Origin: Bigelowiella natans CCMP2755 | Lineage: Eukaryota; Protista; Cercozoa | Direction: 5' to 3' | DNA: 64,000 nt | NCBI GenBank assembly: GCA_000320545.1 | Contig: ADNK01002621.1 | Span: 62,001 to 126,000, forward strand | Part shown: positions 11,663 through 26,023 of the stretch, in pieces | How the letters are laid out: each line of letters opens with the position of its first letter | Position numbering within the stretch: position 1 is the first letter of the stretch | Notes under the pieces: generated by a model | Databases searched by the model: none | What the model was told of the DNA's origin: nothing | The model's input: only the letters and a program-made list of their open reading frames with translations | Made by a program: the position numbers and the translations under genes

Positions 11663-14600
11663 ATGACAACCGGGCGTTACATCATCCTGCTTTGCTACTT
11701 CGCTACTCTCGCGATCTCGGTCAATCATTCGAAGGACCCGAAAAGTGGCAATGAGGATGGTCCTCTTAACCCCAAAATTGCGATCGTTGGGGGTGGGATA
11801 GGTGGGTCGGCTGCAGCTGTATTCTTGCGATCCATCATTGGGGAAAAAATAGACATCACTCTTTATGAGAAAGAGGTATTATCAATGTAGTGTGGAGAGT
11901 TGCTCCTGGTGCTACCTCCAATAGATGTCCATCCTTCGGTCTTGTGGTTAGCTTTTGGAATCTGTGAAGGAATGAAGAGGAAGGAGCTGCCTTTGAAATG
12001 TTTGTTATGTTGTTTGATACCCAAATTTGTTTCCCCTAAAATGACATAGGACCACACATGTGGAAGGTTAGGATTACTTGAAGTAAATGGAAAGGTGATG
12101 TTGCTGGGTAGCGGAGAGTAAACTCACGACTCTCTCTCTCTCTTTCTCTCTTCTCTCTTTCTCTCTCGTGCGCTTGTTAACATATCCACATAAATGAACA
12201 AACATGCATTCATAAATATTCTCAGTCAGCGGGTGTGTGTGCGGCGAGAGTACGAATGTATGGGTGTACGTACATTTAAAGTTGTTTGAATCCATCTTTT
12301 GCAATTAAATATAGTACTACAACACTGGCGGCTGTGTCGTGCACCCGAGAAACATGTAATACTGTCAGTGTAGCTAATCCTTCTGATTCTTAGCATCATT
12401 AACTATCCTGATGTAATTTGTGTTCGAATACGCTGTGTTACACCAAATGTAATTGGGGGACATCCAAATTCGTGTAAATGATATTGTACGAGCATTCTGT
12501 GCACCAACACTGTGATAAGCAGTGATATTTCTATCACGGAAGAAAGAAAGGGGGGAAGGGGGAAATTCATAACCAAAAAAATAACAATAATTTACTATTT
12601 AAAGGCACATGCAAAACCTTACCAAGCTAGCAGGGTTTCACCATGACGAAGATGGTAGTATGTAACTTTTTGACTGCTAATATCATCATTTATAACAACT
12701 CTCTGTACCATTCATGACGGTGGTCGTTGCTAACATTATGACTTGTCTCATCATCAGCTCATTCCTTGCTCATTTATATTTTTCCATACGAATTACAGGC
12801 GATGGCAAGATGTATTTCTATGATCCTGCCTCGAAGACATTTCCTCTCAAGCAGACTGGGTAGAGGATTAATAGTGGTAGCAGTTACCATAGCAGAATTA
12901 TCAATGAGAATCACCCGGAAAAGCTGAAGGACTCTTCATATAGCACAATAATTGCTTCTCGTTTTTTGTTCATTCCTTTGTAGATTTGATATACTTGATA
13001 CAATGCTGGTCCTTTGGAGGTACGGTCTTGGCCCTCTCCGTCTCAATGTAGTATTTTCAGACGCAAGATAATGATTATGAATGGAGACCAAGAATATTTG
13101 ATTGATGCTATCATACTAAAGTTGTCCTTGTTCGCAGTGGGCAGTTGAAGCAATGCTTAAAGACTTTGACAATATCTACAAACTACAGGTATTATTATTA
13201 CGATAGAGATCATATCGTGATGATGCATGCTTATGTGTTGAAAAGTGATGGTGGTTGGAGCAGCAGCTAGCACCGAGTAGGATAACACTAGTCAATGTTT
13301 ATTATTTCTTCCAGTAGCTAGTTCTACATGGCTTTCAACTACCACTTTCTAATAAGTTTACAACTACTACTGCTACTACTACCAGCATAATAATTATATG
13401 TACATAAAAACTCGGTTATATGAATTACACCTCGGTTAATCCGCCCGATGAAATATAATTCGTAATACTGTACGACATGAATTGGATAATTTCATGCTTC
13501 AATCCCTTATTATTTACACGTAGGAGCAAGGAAGGGCATTCGATACAGTCGAAGAAATGTTGCATGCAATGGGTGACAACCATAAATCTTCTATTCAAAA
13601 ATTATGGCTACTATCAAAGCACTCAAACCGCATCATTACGCACACATATAAACACACACACTCACTCACTCACGTGTATATGTGAGTATGCATGCAGGAT
13701 TTAATGACTTCTATCTTTCGTGTGAATCATAACGATTTTAGACTTAATCATCGTTCATCGTATAGCTGTCATCAAACTCGATATTGTTGGCCAAAGTATG
13801 ACTAAATTGTATTCAATGGACCCATCATCTGGTTATCATCTTAGGGGGTGAAGAATTCGTCAGGATGCTCAAAATTCCTCTTAGGGACTATTTAGAAGAA
13901 CGGGTAGTTGTTGCAGTAGAAGCATTCGTGCTCCTACAACAAGTAGTAGTTCACATGAGCTCCTTCCCTTCTGTCAAAAACCTGCTCACAAACCCTGATC
14001 ATCATATTGCCATCATTTTCTCATTACGTGCGTAATAATAGGCGTTAAAAGATCCTTTGATCTCCGAATTTGCTGGAGTTGCCATGGCTGTCAATTATGG
14101 CCAAAATATACAAGTAGCCGTAAATTAGCGTCATAAAAAGAAGATCAATTGAACGCATTTGCTGCTACAATTAAAGAGCAATGGCCGCTAAATACGCTAG
14201 CTAGACTGCTGCGGCGGTGAGGGTCGAATAACCTCCATCAATTGATCACAGTGGTTTTATCAATAGCTCTATCCAACTTTACCCCCTATTCTGTCTGCCT
14301 ATGCTATTGTTCTACGTTGTTACAATAAAAAGGACATGCAAGCCTTCGTGGGAATGGTGTCAATGGCAGGCATTCAGCCTGGACTTTGGAGGATTAAAGA
14401 AGGTGGTGATTACGATAAACATGTAGAATTTGAAGCCAAGGTGTAGAACGATAACAAACACCAACAACATGCCATAATGCTCAAGGCTGTAATGATGCAC
14501 AGATGTCCTAATCTGTTCGTTTTTCCATTCTCGTTCTTTTCGCGTGGTAGCATCTGCAATTATCTCTTTGCTTGCTTGCCTTTTCGGCACTGACAACATG

Positions 14601-15349
14601 TACAACAACAACAACAACATTATACACCTTCCCTATCCTGCTGTCACGTCTCGTCGTCTTCTTGAAGGAAACGGTGCCATTTGCGACCGTTTGCTGTCCC
14701 ATGCAAAGGCAGATGTGCGGTTATCCACACCGGTGACTACCATCACGAGGATAGCCTCACCATCGACGTCAGCAGGGGAGCAACCGATGATGACAAAGTA
14801 TTCGATAAAAACTGGGGAAAGGGAGGAAGAGGAAGAAATTTATGATGGATTAATTGTAGCAGCACCATTACAACTAGCGAAGATTCAGCTAATCAACTTT
14901 CCATCTCTCGAGGAACAGGGTGATTATGATGAGGGTCACTACCATAGAACTGTTGCAACATTTGTTACCTCCAATATGGTCGATCCGACATTCTTCCAAC
15001 AACATGATGGATTCGATCCAAAGAACCCTCCGGATATCCTAGCAATAAAGCCTGGTGACCAATTCTCAAGCATAGACACACAAGACCCAGCTTCTTATCC
15101 GGGTAGTAGCAGCACCACCAGTAGTAAGGAAGAGGAGCAAGAAGAGGAGTTTCACGTGCATAAGGTGTTTTCGAACATGCCTTTGGAGGACGATACTATC
15201 AATCGGCTGTTTGGTAAAGATCATCATGGGCGGCAAGTTCATCCCGTCGAGTAAGCAAATAATGGATTCAAACCAGATATGACATGATGATAACACATGA
15301 GTGTTGGTAATCATACATATCTCTCCCCTCTCTCTCTTTCCCATTGTGG

Positions 15350-15410
<61 letters not shown>

Positions 15411-15714
15411 TTGTGTGTGTATGCTTTCTTCACAGCAAATATCAATCTCTCCCATTTTTATTCTTATTCTTGATTCTTTGTCTTCTGTCTCTATTAGCTG
15501 GCGTGCATATCCAGAATATTCTGGATTCGAAAATCGCAGAATTCGTCCCCTAAATATCGATACTTTACCGGGAGGTGCGGCAGCCTACATCAGCCCTATT
15601 GAATGGGCTGCTAGTGCAATGGAAATGTCTTGCATTGGTGCAAACAATGCTGCAAACATCATCGCTCAATCTCTCCAAAAAATGAAACACCAGGAAAAAC
15701 AATGTGAACTTTGA
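11663..15714 (+). CDS. PCYOX1: Prenylcysteine oxidase / farnesylcysteine lyase (FAD-dependent, secretory pathway)
   Basis: Hydrophobic N-terminus, KIAIVGGGIGGSAAA Rossmann motif, GRLGLLEVNGK|YYNTGGCVVHPRNM, VNYGQ and C-terminal WRAYP..IEWAASAMEMSCIGANNAA. Ends QCEL. Alternative start at ATG 11624. Confidence 0.9.
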
Positions 15715-16721
15715 AGATTTACATTTACCTGCTGGTGACTAGCGGTTGACAGTTGCATGGGGACCATCTATTGAACACTGTTGACGATCAATGATTTCGT
15801 GCGTTAGGATCTAGCATGTGCTGGCGGCACAATTTGAATATGTACGTACACATACATGCGCACGAGACGGATGTAACGAAACATGTACACGTATGCATAC
15901 AAATGTAAATGAGACGAGCGTTTTCATCATTATGAATGTTTCCTACGTTCGCTCTGATTAGTCATCATTCAACATCGCGGCCACATCGCACAATGCACAC
16001 GTCTCCTTTCTCTTGCTTCTCTTCAGAGATGAAGATGAGTCTCACGAGGACAAGTCTAGAATTTCGCAGCAGCATTTTTGTGATTCCTTGCCATCCAATT
16101 TCACCGCCAAGAATCTACACCACGTCATTGTTTGTCTCAATACCAATGCAACGTGCATGAAATGATTGGAACAACAGACAAGGCTAGCTAGCTAGAAGAT
16201 GCACACACAGCACACACATCGCACGACCAATGAGCTCGATGGCCTTTCTAGCTTTGTGAAAAGTCTTTCTGCCAGTCTGTTGAGTGCGGCGATGTTGCTG
16301 ATGAGACGACTCGCATTCGAATGTTTGTCGAGCGAACGTCTGCGTTTTTCCCGCTCAGAGACGTACCATTCTAGCAGGGTGATTCGGCGTCAACACCTCC
16401 ACTACTAGACTAAGGCTAGCTAGTCCAGTTTTCGCGCGCATGCGATGCACAAATGCGCAAATTGCAGATTCGCAATGCGCTCATCATGTGGATCAGCAAA
16501 AGCCCATGCGCATACATCTCATCATTTTCATCAAGAACAAACCAAACACATGCAAAACGGCGCAGATCATCAAAAAAAAATGCGAAGCAAACATGTCATT
16601 GCTAGATTGCGCTATATGGCTAGCGATTGCCCGCAAAAGCTAAACAAAAAGTCGTGAAAATGGGCAATTTTTGCAACAGTGATTTTTTTTTGCGGAAATT
16701 TTCACGACATGTGTGTGTGTG

Positions 16722-16754
<33 letters not shown>

Positions 16755-17303
16755 ATGTGAAGATTTTATCACTTTGTATCACATCCGTCTCATGCACATC
16801 TAGACACATGTCATTGCGTCGTGCGATCGACGATCTTTAATTTGCAACACTCATAGCATGGTCACTATTAGTCTCCCGCAGCAGCGCCGCCAGCGAGGAC
16901 GTACGTCCACATTACTCATCTGCGCCAATTCTAGTGCAGCGACAATTGTAGCACAGGCAGGTTAGCAAGCTACACACGCATGGAGCTAAGTCATAATGTG
17001 CTCATTGCAAGCGTCCTATGCACATGTGCATGCTTCATCCCAATTCAATGTAATCAAATACCCTTGATGATAACAATGTCCACATAGACGCTGTGTACTA
17101 TTTCAGGCTACGCGCTATGGATGTATCACTACTGATCATTTGCCCGTAAATCAAACGATGTAAGAGTTTCCCCCACCCATTCAAGGCAGGGCTGACCGTA
17201 ACAATTATCGATAATAGATGACCGTCATCTCCCTCATGGCCCATCGTTATATCCTCTTCATCAGGTAAGAAACCAGGATAGACAAGAGAAGAAACTACTA
17301 AAT

Positions 17304-18378
17304 TTAGTTTCCTCCTCCGCCGACCTTAGCCTTCTTTATACCTCTGAACTTCTTCTTCTTGTTTTTTAACTCTTTGCGAGATTTGCGGGATCCAGTTGCC
17401 TTCTTCGCCAAGTCATTCTAAAGATGGTATCAGGAAGGATTATAGATATGTTTCATTATATATAAATAAAATTTCCAATTATGTTGCAAACTAGGCAGTG
17501 TTGTTACGTACCCTGACGAGGCGGTATTTTGGTTCTACGTTAAGAGCATCGTTGAGTGAATCATAGATAAGAGCAAATCCCGTTGTTCGCGCTCCTCCAA
17601 ACGCGGTCCTGAAGCCTAATCATAGTAATGCACAGGAAAATTTGTAAAGATTAGATATCTTGATGGAACGATCAATCCCTTAAATGAATAACTGCCTCGA
17701 ACATGAACCAACATTATCGACAAGGCGTGATTGGAGAGGGAGGAGGGAGAAAGTAGGAAGGGGAGAGCCAATTTAAATAATAAAATATGTGTTGCATGTT
17801 GGTTAATCTCTCTGCACTCAAAGTATACGAATGCACAATTACATGCATATAACATACCCGACCAGATAATGTAAAGATGTGTGTGAGTGTTTATCTATGC
17901 ATTATTACTAAACGATGAAAATGTAAATATAGATGAAAGTATACAAACGTGAATACGAATGAAAACACATCGAAGATGAAATATACATAGACGCTCAAGG
18001 TGTGTTCCCACTAATATATTTATCATGAACATATTTAGCAGCTTTATCATACTTACCGAAAACAAAGACGCATTTGTCGTTGGAAACGTTGTACTTTTTT
18101 GCGAGAATTCCTCGCAGCTCAGCCTTAGGAACTGGTCCACGGCCAGGATGCAGAACATCGAGGATCTGAGCAGTTATATCCAAACGATAAGTAAAACTGT
18201 AATTTCTGTGCGGTATGTTTTCACATAGGGATGAAGCTATTCCGAATGCGTGTTTGTATTCTTAGCATGCATAAACAATATATGAGATTAGGATACGCAC
18301 CATCTGCTTCCTGTTGAGAAGTCTGTTGACCATGAACTTCCTTGTGCGGATAGTGACCGTGCCCTTGGAGTCAGCCAT
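17304..18378 (-). CDS. RPS24: 40S ribosomal protein eS24; exons 18378-18301, 18165-18057, 17615-17512, 17417-17304
   Basis: [26 protein letters not shown]|[23 protein letters not shown]|[27 protein letters not shown]|..[17 protein letters not shown]. All junctions are GT-AG and in phase. Confidence 0.98.
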
Positions 18379-19063
18379 TTTTCCCTGTGTGTGTGGCTTT
18401 GTTTTTAGGGGAGGCGAGTGCGTCGGAGAATATAGGCTTTCAAATCGCCGTAAATTATAATTAATTTCAGACTTAGAATGGCAGTATAATCAGAAATATT
18501 TCATTGAACGCCTAAATATTGGAAATATTTTGTCCCCAATTCCATGTCGTCACGGTTTATAAGATGGTAACAAGCTGGATAGTAACAATCGTAAAAATTA
18601 AAGGGATTAGGATCAAACTAAAGAAATATCCTGTGATTTTGGAAGAGTTTAATAATCCCCGGTGGTTGCTGCACTTTTTCCTGTCGTTGGCTTATGCAAG
18701 GGTTAAAAGGTTTTTTTGTGGATGCGACTTGAAATCTTTCCCAAATATACTAGTATTTTGGTTTTCGTAAAAATGCTATTTTTCGCTATTTCCGCATTAC
18801 GACATGCTGAAATGGAGCACCGTTCAAGGTTTACCTCTTCTCGTATTAATCACTTGGGAGTCTCTCATTGGATGTCGCATGTGCTATTTGTCCTCGCAGC
18901 AAGGGAAAACCTCTCCATAATCTCCGTAATAATCTCCGGCTATCTCCCCACTCCCAACGAGCCAAGCCGCAGACTGGAAGGGGGACGTTCCGAGGACACG
19001 AGGACAGCTGGAGGAGGACAACCTAAACAAAATAATAGCACTGAAGGAATTTGATCAAGAGCC
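18379..19063. promoter_or_regulatory. Probable bidirectional promoter region between RPS24 and NOB1
   Basis: 685 bp between divergent start codons, AT-rich with T-tracts. Confidence 0.55.
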
Positions 19064-19546
19064 ATGCAAAATAACGATGGGAATGCGAATGCTTTCCCCT
19101 CCTTGCCATCTGCTTCTTCCGAGGCCAAGAAAACATCAGCCCGTGTCTCGTCTGCATGGGGAAATAAAGGGAAGGTGTCGGCAATTTCCAATGCACTGCT
19201 GAAGGCGGAGAGGGGAAAGGATGGATCTACACAGATGGAAGATGTTAGCGCTCAGAAAAAGAGGCAGATTGATATAGAATCGATGAAGAAGAAGCTTATG
19301 TTGGAAGAAAAGGAGGGCAGTCGGGATGAAGAAGCAGAATCAAACAGTTCAAAGAGAAGGGAAGAGGGTGAAGTTCAGAAGGTTCTCATATTGGATTCGG
19401 GGGCTTTCATCACAGGATCAAATATTGCATCTCGATACGGCCCATCATATCGATACGTGACAATTCAAGACGTCGTGGACGAAATTAAGGACGAGAGGTC
19501 TCGACAGACACTGGAATCATTTCCATTCAAAATCGAGCTACTTACG

Positions 19547-19597
<51 letters not shown>

Positions 19598-22500
19598 ATG
19601 GTGGTGGTAGTAGTAGTAGTAGTAGACGTTATCCATCACAACAAAAGTTCATCATGTATCATCTGACTTCGTACATGTGGTAGTATGATGATGGCAGTAG
19701 ATCCAATAGGTGTAATGTATACTGGTTAGGGCAGTGACCCAATCCCACCACCACTCAATACTAACATTTCGAAAGGTGGAGAAGGAATCCCTGAATGCGG
19801 TGCAGACATTTTCCAAATTATCTGGGTGAGCCATATATTCAACAAAGCATGAACATGAAAGCAATATTAGCCCAGGAAGATGACATTTATTCTTTTAATT
19901 CAACTCTTCTTCTTCTTCTTCTTCTTCTTCTTCTTCTTCTTCTTCTTCTTCTTCTTCTAATTTACGTGTTGTCATTTATGATGCTAGAGATCTCCGGTTT
20001 CTCTCTCGACCAGATATTCGAGTACTGGCTCTGACCTATCAGCTGGAGGTAGTGATGGTAGTGTAGTGCAAATTATTGATGAAACTAGTCTTAGTGGTCG
20101 GCAAGAGCTGAAACCTGCTCTGAACACATTATTCCACCACTATGGTCCAGCAACAATAGGTAAGACACGTATGTTATATAATATAATTAGGCGGCATTAA
20201 ATGGCACTTCTCATATTCGAAAGCGTCCAAACACAAACCTCCAAGTTCAAACAACAGCCATGAACTCGCCATCGACATCATCGTCATCTTCAAAAGCAAC
20301 TTCAACTATCAACAGTAATAGGGTATCATCCTTTGCACTACGTGCAAGAGAAGAGAGGGGAGGACAGGATGCCATCTTTTTATCCGTATCATCCCTCCTC
20401 TTCGATGACGAAGAAAAATCAAGCCACGTCCCCAACAAAAAATTGAGATGCGTATTGATAGTAGTAATGATGAAGTCACGGGGGGGGGAAGAACGACAGG
20501 CCCCGACAACAATGATCAAAAGAGCGAGGAGAAGGAAATGGAGAATTCAAGCAGTCATAAGGGACATGAAAACGATGATGACGATGACGACGAAGACGAT
20601 GATGGAGAATGGATAACACCAGAAAATGTAGGAGAAAGGTTGTACCTTGAGGATTGATGATGGTGGTGGTGGTGGTGGTGATGATGATGATGACTGATGC
20701 TAACGATGTTGCGACGATGTTACCACCCTCGCTTTGCTGTTCCTACTGGTAGTAGAGAGTAATGGAGATTTATGACTTCTAGATAATGATAATAATAATG
20801 ATAATAATAATGATAATAATAATGATAATAATAATAATAGTAATAATAGTAATGCCAGGAAAGAGACGCGCCTTGTTGTCCTCCTCCTCCTCCTCCTCCT
20901 CCTCTTCCTCTATATCTGTTGTCCGTTGGTCTCTTCCTCTTGTTCATTATTCCTTTTTCTCCTTAATCTTATCACAAATTCGAAACAAACTACAGAGAGT
21001 TTGAGCTTGTTCCTATGGCAGACCAAGGTAGTAGTAGTAGTAACTTTAGTAACTGTAGTAGTAGTAATAGTAGTAGTACTAGTACTAGTACTAATAGCAC
21101 AGCAGTACCAAGATTTATCTAATTACTTAGCAGGTGTATATCTGCTCCCCCCCCCTGCAATCCTCCACCTCCTGCTGCTATTCCTGTTCCTCCTTATGAA
21201 TTCCATCTCCTCTTCTGCATTTTCATCTGCTTCTTCTTTCAGGGAAGAATCTAGCAAACGCGACCACCGATAACAACAGCTCGAAGGACAACAAGCTGAA
21301 GCAATCAGAAGTTTCATGTATCACTACCGACTTCACGATGCAAAATGTTATTCTACAGGTGCTCGTTGACTGTTGCTGTCTTCTTCTGCATTTGTGTAAG
21401 CATGTGCCACTTACCAATACATCCATCTATATTTATTTCTTGTTTGCTGTCGCTAGATGGGTTTGAGACTCACGAGCGTTGATGGAAGAAGGATTAGATC
21501 TGTTCGGTACTGCTACTACGATTATAATAGCAATAACAATAAGAACACGAAGAAGAAAGTAATCTGGCTGCAAAAGCAGTCGCAGCGATATCGCCTTGAA
21601 ACAGTTGCAGCAATTGATTAGTTGCACAAATATGTACAATCCAATTCATGACATTAGATTATATCCAACATCATATGCATAATCCAACCCCTCTTAGGCG
21701 ATGGCAGCTACAGTGTTATTCATGCTACGCGGTATGTGCTCAGTGTGTGTGTATTGTGTGTGTTGTATATGGGGGGGGGGGGGGGGGGGGGGGAGGCTGT
21801 GTATCACTAGGTTCCAATCTTCGACTATTAGTTGGTGATCGCATGCTGTTCTTTCTAATTATCATTGTCATCGTTATTGATTGATTACTTAATACTCAGA
21901 ATATAGTAGACGACCTATCTCGCCAATTCTGCCATAAGTAAGAATAACAATAACATGCAACGTGTAGTAAAGGAATAATGCTGAAAGTAGGAGCATGTGC
22001 GTGGTAGATTAAGAGCTATAGGTGTGACTGTTCACCGACTGAATTAATGAATAAACGAATCAATGAAGTATGAGCAAAAATAAAAGGAAAGACTTCGTCC
22101 AGATCTTAATTTAATATTCAAATACGAGGTTATTGTCAAATGACCGATGCTATTCCTCTCCCTCCCTCCCCACTTTCTCAGCTGTGGAAATCCTACGCTT
22201 GCTCGTGTGTCTGTATCAGTCGATGACAAAGGCGTCGTTAGGTAGTGTTACTGCATCCTACTATGCGAGTAGTGTAGTGCTGTGTTATATCACTTCCTCT
22301 TCTCATTATTCTAATTATTGTCATCATTTTTCTATCACATAGATATTGGAGGTCGAAGCGCGAAATCACCACTAGAGGCAAGAAATACCCCATTCCACTA
22401 CCGAAGGGTGGCAGGGTATTCATTATAGTAGTAGTAGTAGTAGAAGTAGTAGTAGTAGTAGCAATCATACTAATAATAATGATAGTACGTATTGGTGTCA

Positions 22501-23041
22501 TTATTGTTGTGTGATGCAAACGTAGTTGCTGTGTTCTTCTCTTTCACATATGATGTATGTATGAATGATGGTATCATGCAGGGTAACCAAGACTTGATTC
22601 TGAGAGAAGACGTCATGAAGCAAAAGAACCCGGTAGTATTATCATTTACTATGACAAACATGTGATAGTAGAATAGAGCAGCAGTAAATTGTAGTAGTTG
22701 AGGTATCTGTCAATCACAAATACTACTGAGACAGAACTAATTCGCATCGATATCAATCTAAAGGAGTGGTCAAGAGCTAAGCAGGGGAAGGATGATGCGT
22801 CGTTTGATTCTGCAGCAGCAGGAGCGTTTGCGTGGACGACGAGAGGACCTCCAAAGTCATTCAAATTACATTATTTTCATTCTTCGGAAAAATAGCTGAT
22901 ACTTTACTTTAAAATTTTGATTTAATCTCACACTCACTTCCTCGCGATGATAGGACTTGGGTGAACCGCACAGTTGTTGGCTATGGACGGAAAAACCCCA
23001 ACAAAGTCAAGAAATCAGGAAGACGAAGAAAGAAACACTGA
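19064..23041 (+). CDS. NOB1: NOB1 PIN-domain endonuclease (18S rRNA site D cleavage)
   Basis: VLILDSGAFI..TIQDVVDEIKDERSR, DLRFLSRPDIRVLALTYQLE, WITPENV, CITTDFTMQNVILQ|MGL, Zn ribbon CYSC..FCHNCGNPTL, RGKKYPIPLPKGGR and VGYGRKNPN. Stop at 23039-23041. Confidence 0.95.
19547..19626 (+). repeat. (GTA)n microsatellite starting exactly at a NOB1 5' splice site
   Basis: ACG|GTAGTAGTAG..., phase-0 donor. Confidence 0.9.
19906..19958. repeat. (CTT)n intronic microsatellite
   Basis: Perfect trinucleotide run in a NOB1 intron. Confidence 0.95.
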
Positions 23042-23721
23042 AGCTTTGAAGAGTACATTCAGGGTTAAATAATCCGCCGTGAACGAACACTATGTGATTA
23101 CAGTTGAAAGCTGCCTCTATGCCTTTCTAGCTTTGCTTGGATCGTTGAAGGACAGCATCCCATGTGTGATTGCAAGATGTTTCAATGGTGCCGATTACAT
23201 TTGCGGCATCTGTTCATGGCTCGTTCGATACAGCTAGCTGTAGTCCAAATCCCAAGCAACGAGGCCTACATGACCATGATGGCGTGCATTCATTTTAAGT
23301 GAGCTTGCACTTGCATGGCAAGCCATGCGACTCATGTAGCCTGCATAGCATGCTAGCATGTAGCGCGGTGTGTAGTGTCTAGAGTTTGCTAGCTAGCTAG
23401 TGTGCCGTACTATCACACTGATCGCTGCTGCTAACACTTGCTAGCTTCTACGACAGCTACTCAACTATGCTTGTCATGCCTGTAGCACTCTGCACGCACT
23501 AGCAGCGCTCTCTAGCTCTGGGACTGCTCGACATCGCGGCTGTTAGGCTTTGGACTAGCGCTAGTAGCAGCAAGCACGCGAGCGCGGCTGCCATGCTAGC
23601 ATGCGATGTAGCTATTTGCATCAGTGCTAGAGTGAGGCATCTTGGCAGGTTCATCTAGCGCGATGTCATTGGCACATACACACAAGCACAGCACAGGTAT
23701 AATATACAGGTGCCATTATTA
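23042..23721. other. Convergent 3' spacer dense in GCTAGC/GCATGC palindromes (type example)
   Basis: Contains (CTAG)3 at 23389-23400, CATGCTAGCATG at 23349-23360 and 23592-23603, and GCCTTTCTAGCTTTG at 23121-23135. Confidence 0.8.
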
Positions 23722-23918
23722 TTATTCTGTTACTAGTGGCTCGATATCCCTGCAGCCTGATGTCTGGGCCGCTTGTCCACCTGCTCCACATCTAGAGGTT
23801 GCTCGTAACATCCTCTGGATATCGCGCCCCATACGTAGAATCTAAACACAACAAAATTATTTCCATTGTGCAGGCAGCTGATCGAGCTAGATGTCATCAG
23901 TTAAAGCGTCATGATTCT

Positions 23919-23954
<36 letters not shown>

Positions 23955-24641
23955 GTTCTCATTATCTCATCGCCGTGTTTATTCCCCACCTGTATTTCAT
24001 ACTCTAGATCTGATCGAGCAGGCACCTCGGCAAAGGGCCCGACAACGGCCATATCACCATACCTAATAAGCAACAATTTATCCTTTTTTATCGCGATTCT
24101 GGATGATAATCATGACAAATATATATATGTAAATATATATGTTAGATGGCAGCACTATACCCCTCCGCAGCTGATATATCAGCTTTTCGAATCTCTCCCA
24201 CCTTCATCCCTGAAGCAATGATCACAATTATCATGACTGCTGCAATTCCACTGGTTGCTAGCACCATGCGGTTCTATAAACATAGTTTTGAAGCTGTTCT
24301 TTCACTCAGATCAGCACCATTTTCATCTTAATAATCAACAACCTCTTGGAGCAAACATTGGTATTGGATATTTGTTATTGATACTAGTCCATCATCAACC
24401 ATCATCATAATCATCATCATCATTATCTACTTCTTCACACCCTAAGAGTGGCATGATTATAATTATCATCAACAACAACAACACCACCACAGTAGCAGTA
24501 GCAGTAGGAATGAATGATACCTTCAATGGCTTTATAGAGACCCGACACGATGCCTGGCTGGGGATTCTTCGCATTCAACTGAAACAATCTAAATAGTACA
24601 TGGAGATGATCGTTAGTGTCGATCATAGTTGCAGGCCATGT

Positions 24642-24680
<39 letters not shown>

Positions 24681-25137
24681 CTGGTGGTGGTGGTGATGAG
24701 ACTACTCTTGTGGTGGTGGGGGGCGTGTGGCAATGCCTACCTTGGCTGATACTCGGCGACTCCTCCATTCATATCTTTTCCCGTGGACAACGAGAAGAAG
24801 AAGAAGAGGGAAAAGAAGAAGGAAAATAGGAGGAAGATGGAGACGAACAGCAGCAATAAGCGGAATATTGATAATTTTCATACCACAGGTAAATACTTGT
24901 AAGCCACGTGTCTGTGAGTGTTATGTCACTTGAAATAACCAAAATAATGGATACAAGATACGCATATATCATACTACAACACATATATATCAGGTATTCA
25001 TCTATAAGACGACGATGACGACGATGTACAGGTAAGGCCCCCGCGTGTGCTGTCAAAAACCTGAAGTGGAGATTCGAAGCAAATACGCTCACTGACAGCT
25101 CAAACATCAATCTTAACCACCATCACAACCATATGGC

Positions 25138-25168
<31 letters not shown>

Positions 25169-25990
25169 ACTACTACTACTACTACTACTGCAACTACGAT
25201 AATGACTGATAATGATGGTGATGATGATGATGATGATGTTGTCGCTCAATAACTTACTTCAGTGGCAACAGCAGTTGCAACTACTACTTGTAACTTTACA
25301 TGCTACCGCACGGTTACAGTAAGCATTGTGATGATGAATGCGATTGTAGTCGCAGTTATCGTTGATGCATCCTCTTGTTGTATTTTTACCTGACCAGTAG
25401 CCTTGATTTTCCCTTGATAACTTATCAACACCCAGTCTCCTGCCTGAGCTCCACGGGAACCTTCAAGACCGTCTGGTGCATGTTGTCATGTTGTATTCAT
25501 AAAAACAGTGACTAAAGCTAGATAATGTATCAGTGTAAGTTCATGGACTCCTCTTTCTCTCTTCAGTACTACTTCTTGATATTTCGATTAGCAGTGGTGC
25601 CAAAAAACGCGATGATCGCGAATACTGTGATGAACGTGGAAATGAATAACCTTTGATGGTGGACACAGTTACTCCCCCAACGTCAACATCTGCCCCCGCT
25701 GCCTTCCTTGCTTTGAGGATTGCCATTGGCATCAACGATGTTAACAATCCAACTGATTTGAAGACATTTCTACGACGATGAGCCTGTTGTTGTATGCAGA
25801 AATCAGTACAGGGTGCATATGTATACCATTCTCTCTCTCCCTCCCTCTCTCTTAAAAGGGGGGGGATTGGAGATGTAAGAACATACAATACACAAATTAT
25901 CTGAATCAATGCGAAAAAATCGCCCACACATTGAAATCAGGATGTCAATTATGATGGGAAAGCAGCTACCACCTGTGGTATTATAATCTC

Positions 25991-26023
<33 letters not shown>

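Noticed and set aside
17616-18056. Intronic snoRNA in the long RPS24 intron
   Set aside because: No convincing box C/D pair or H/ACA layout seen by eye; a covariance-model search would be needed.
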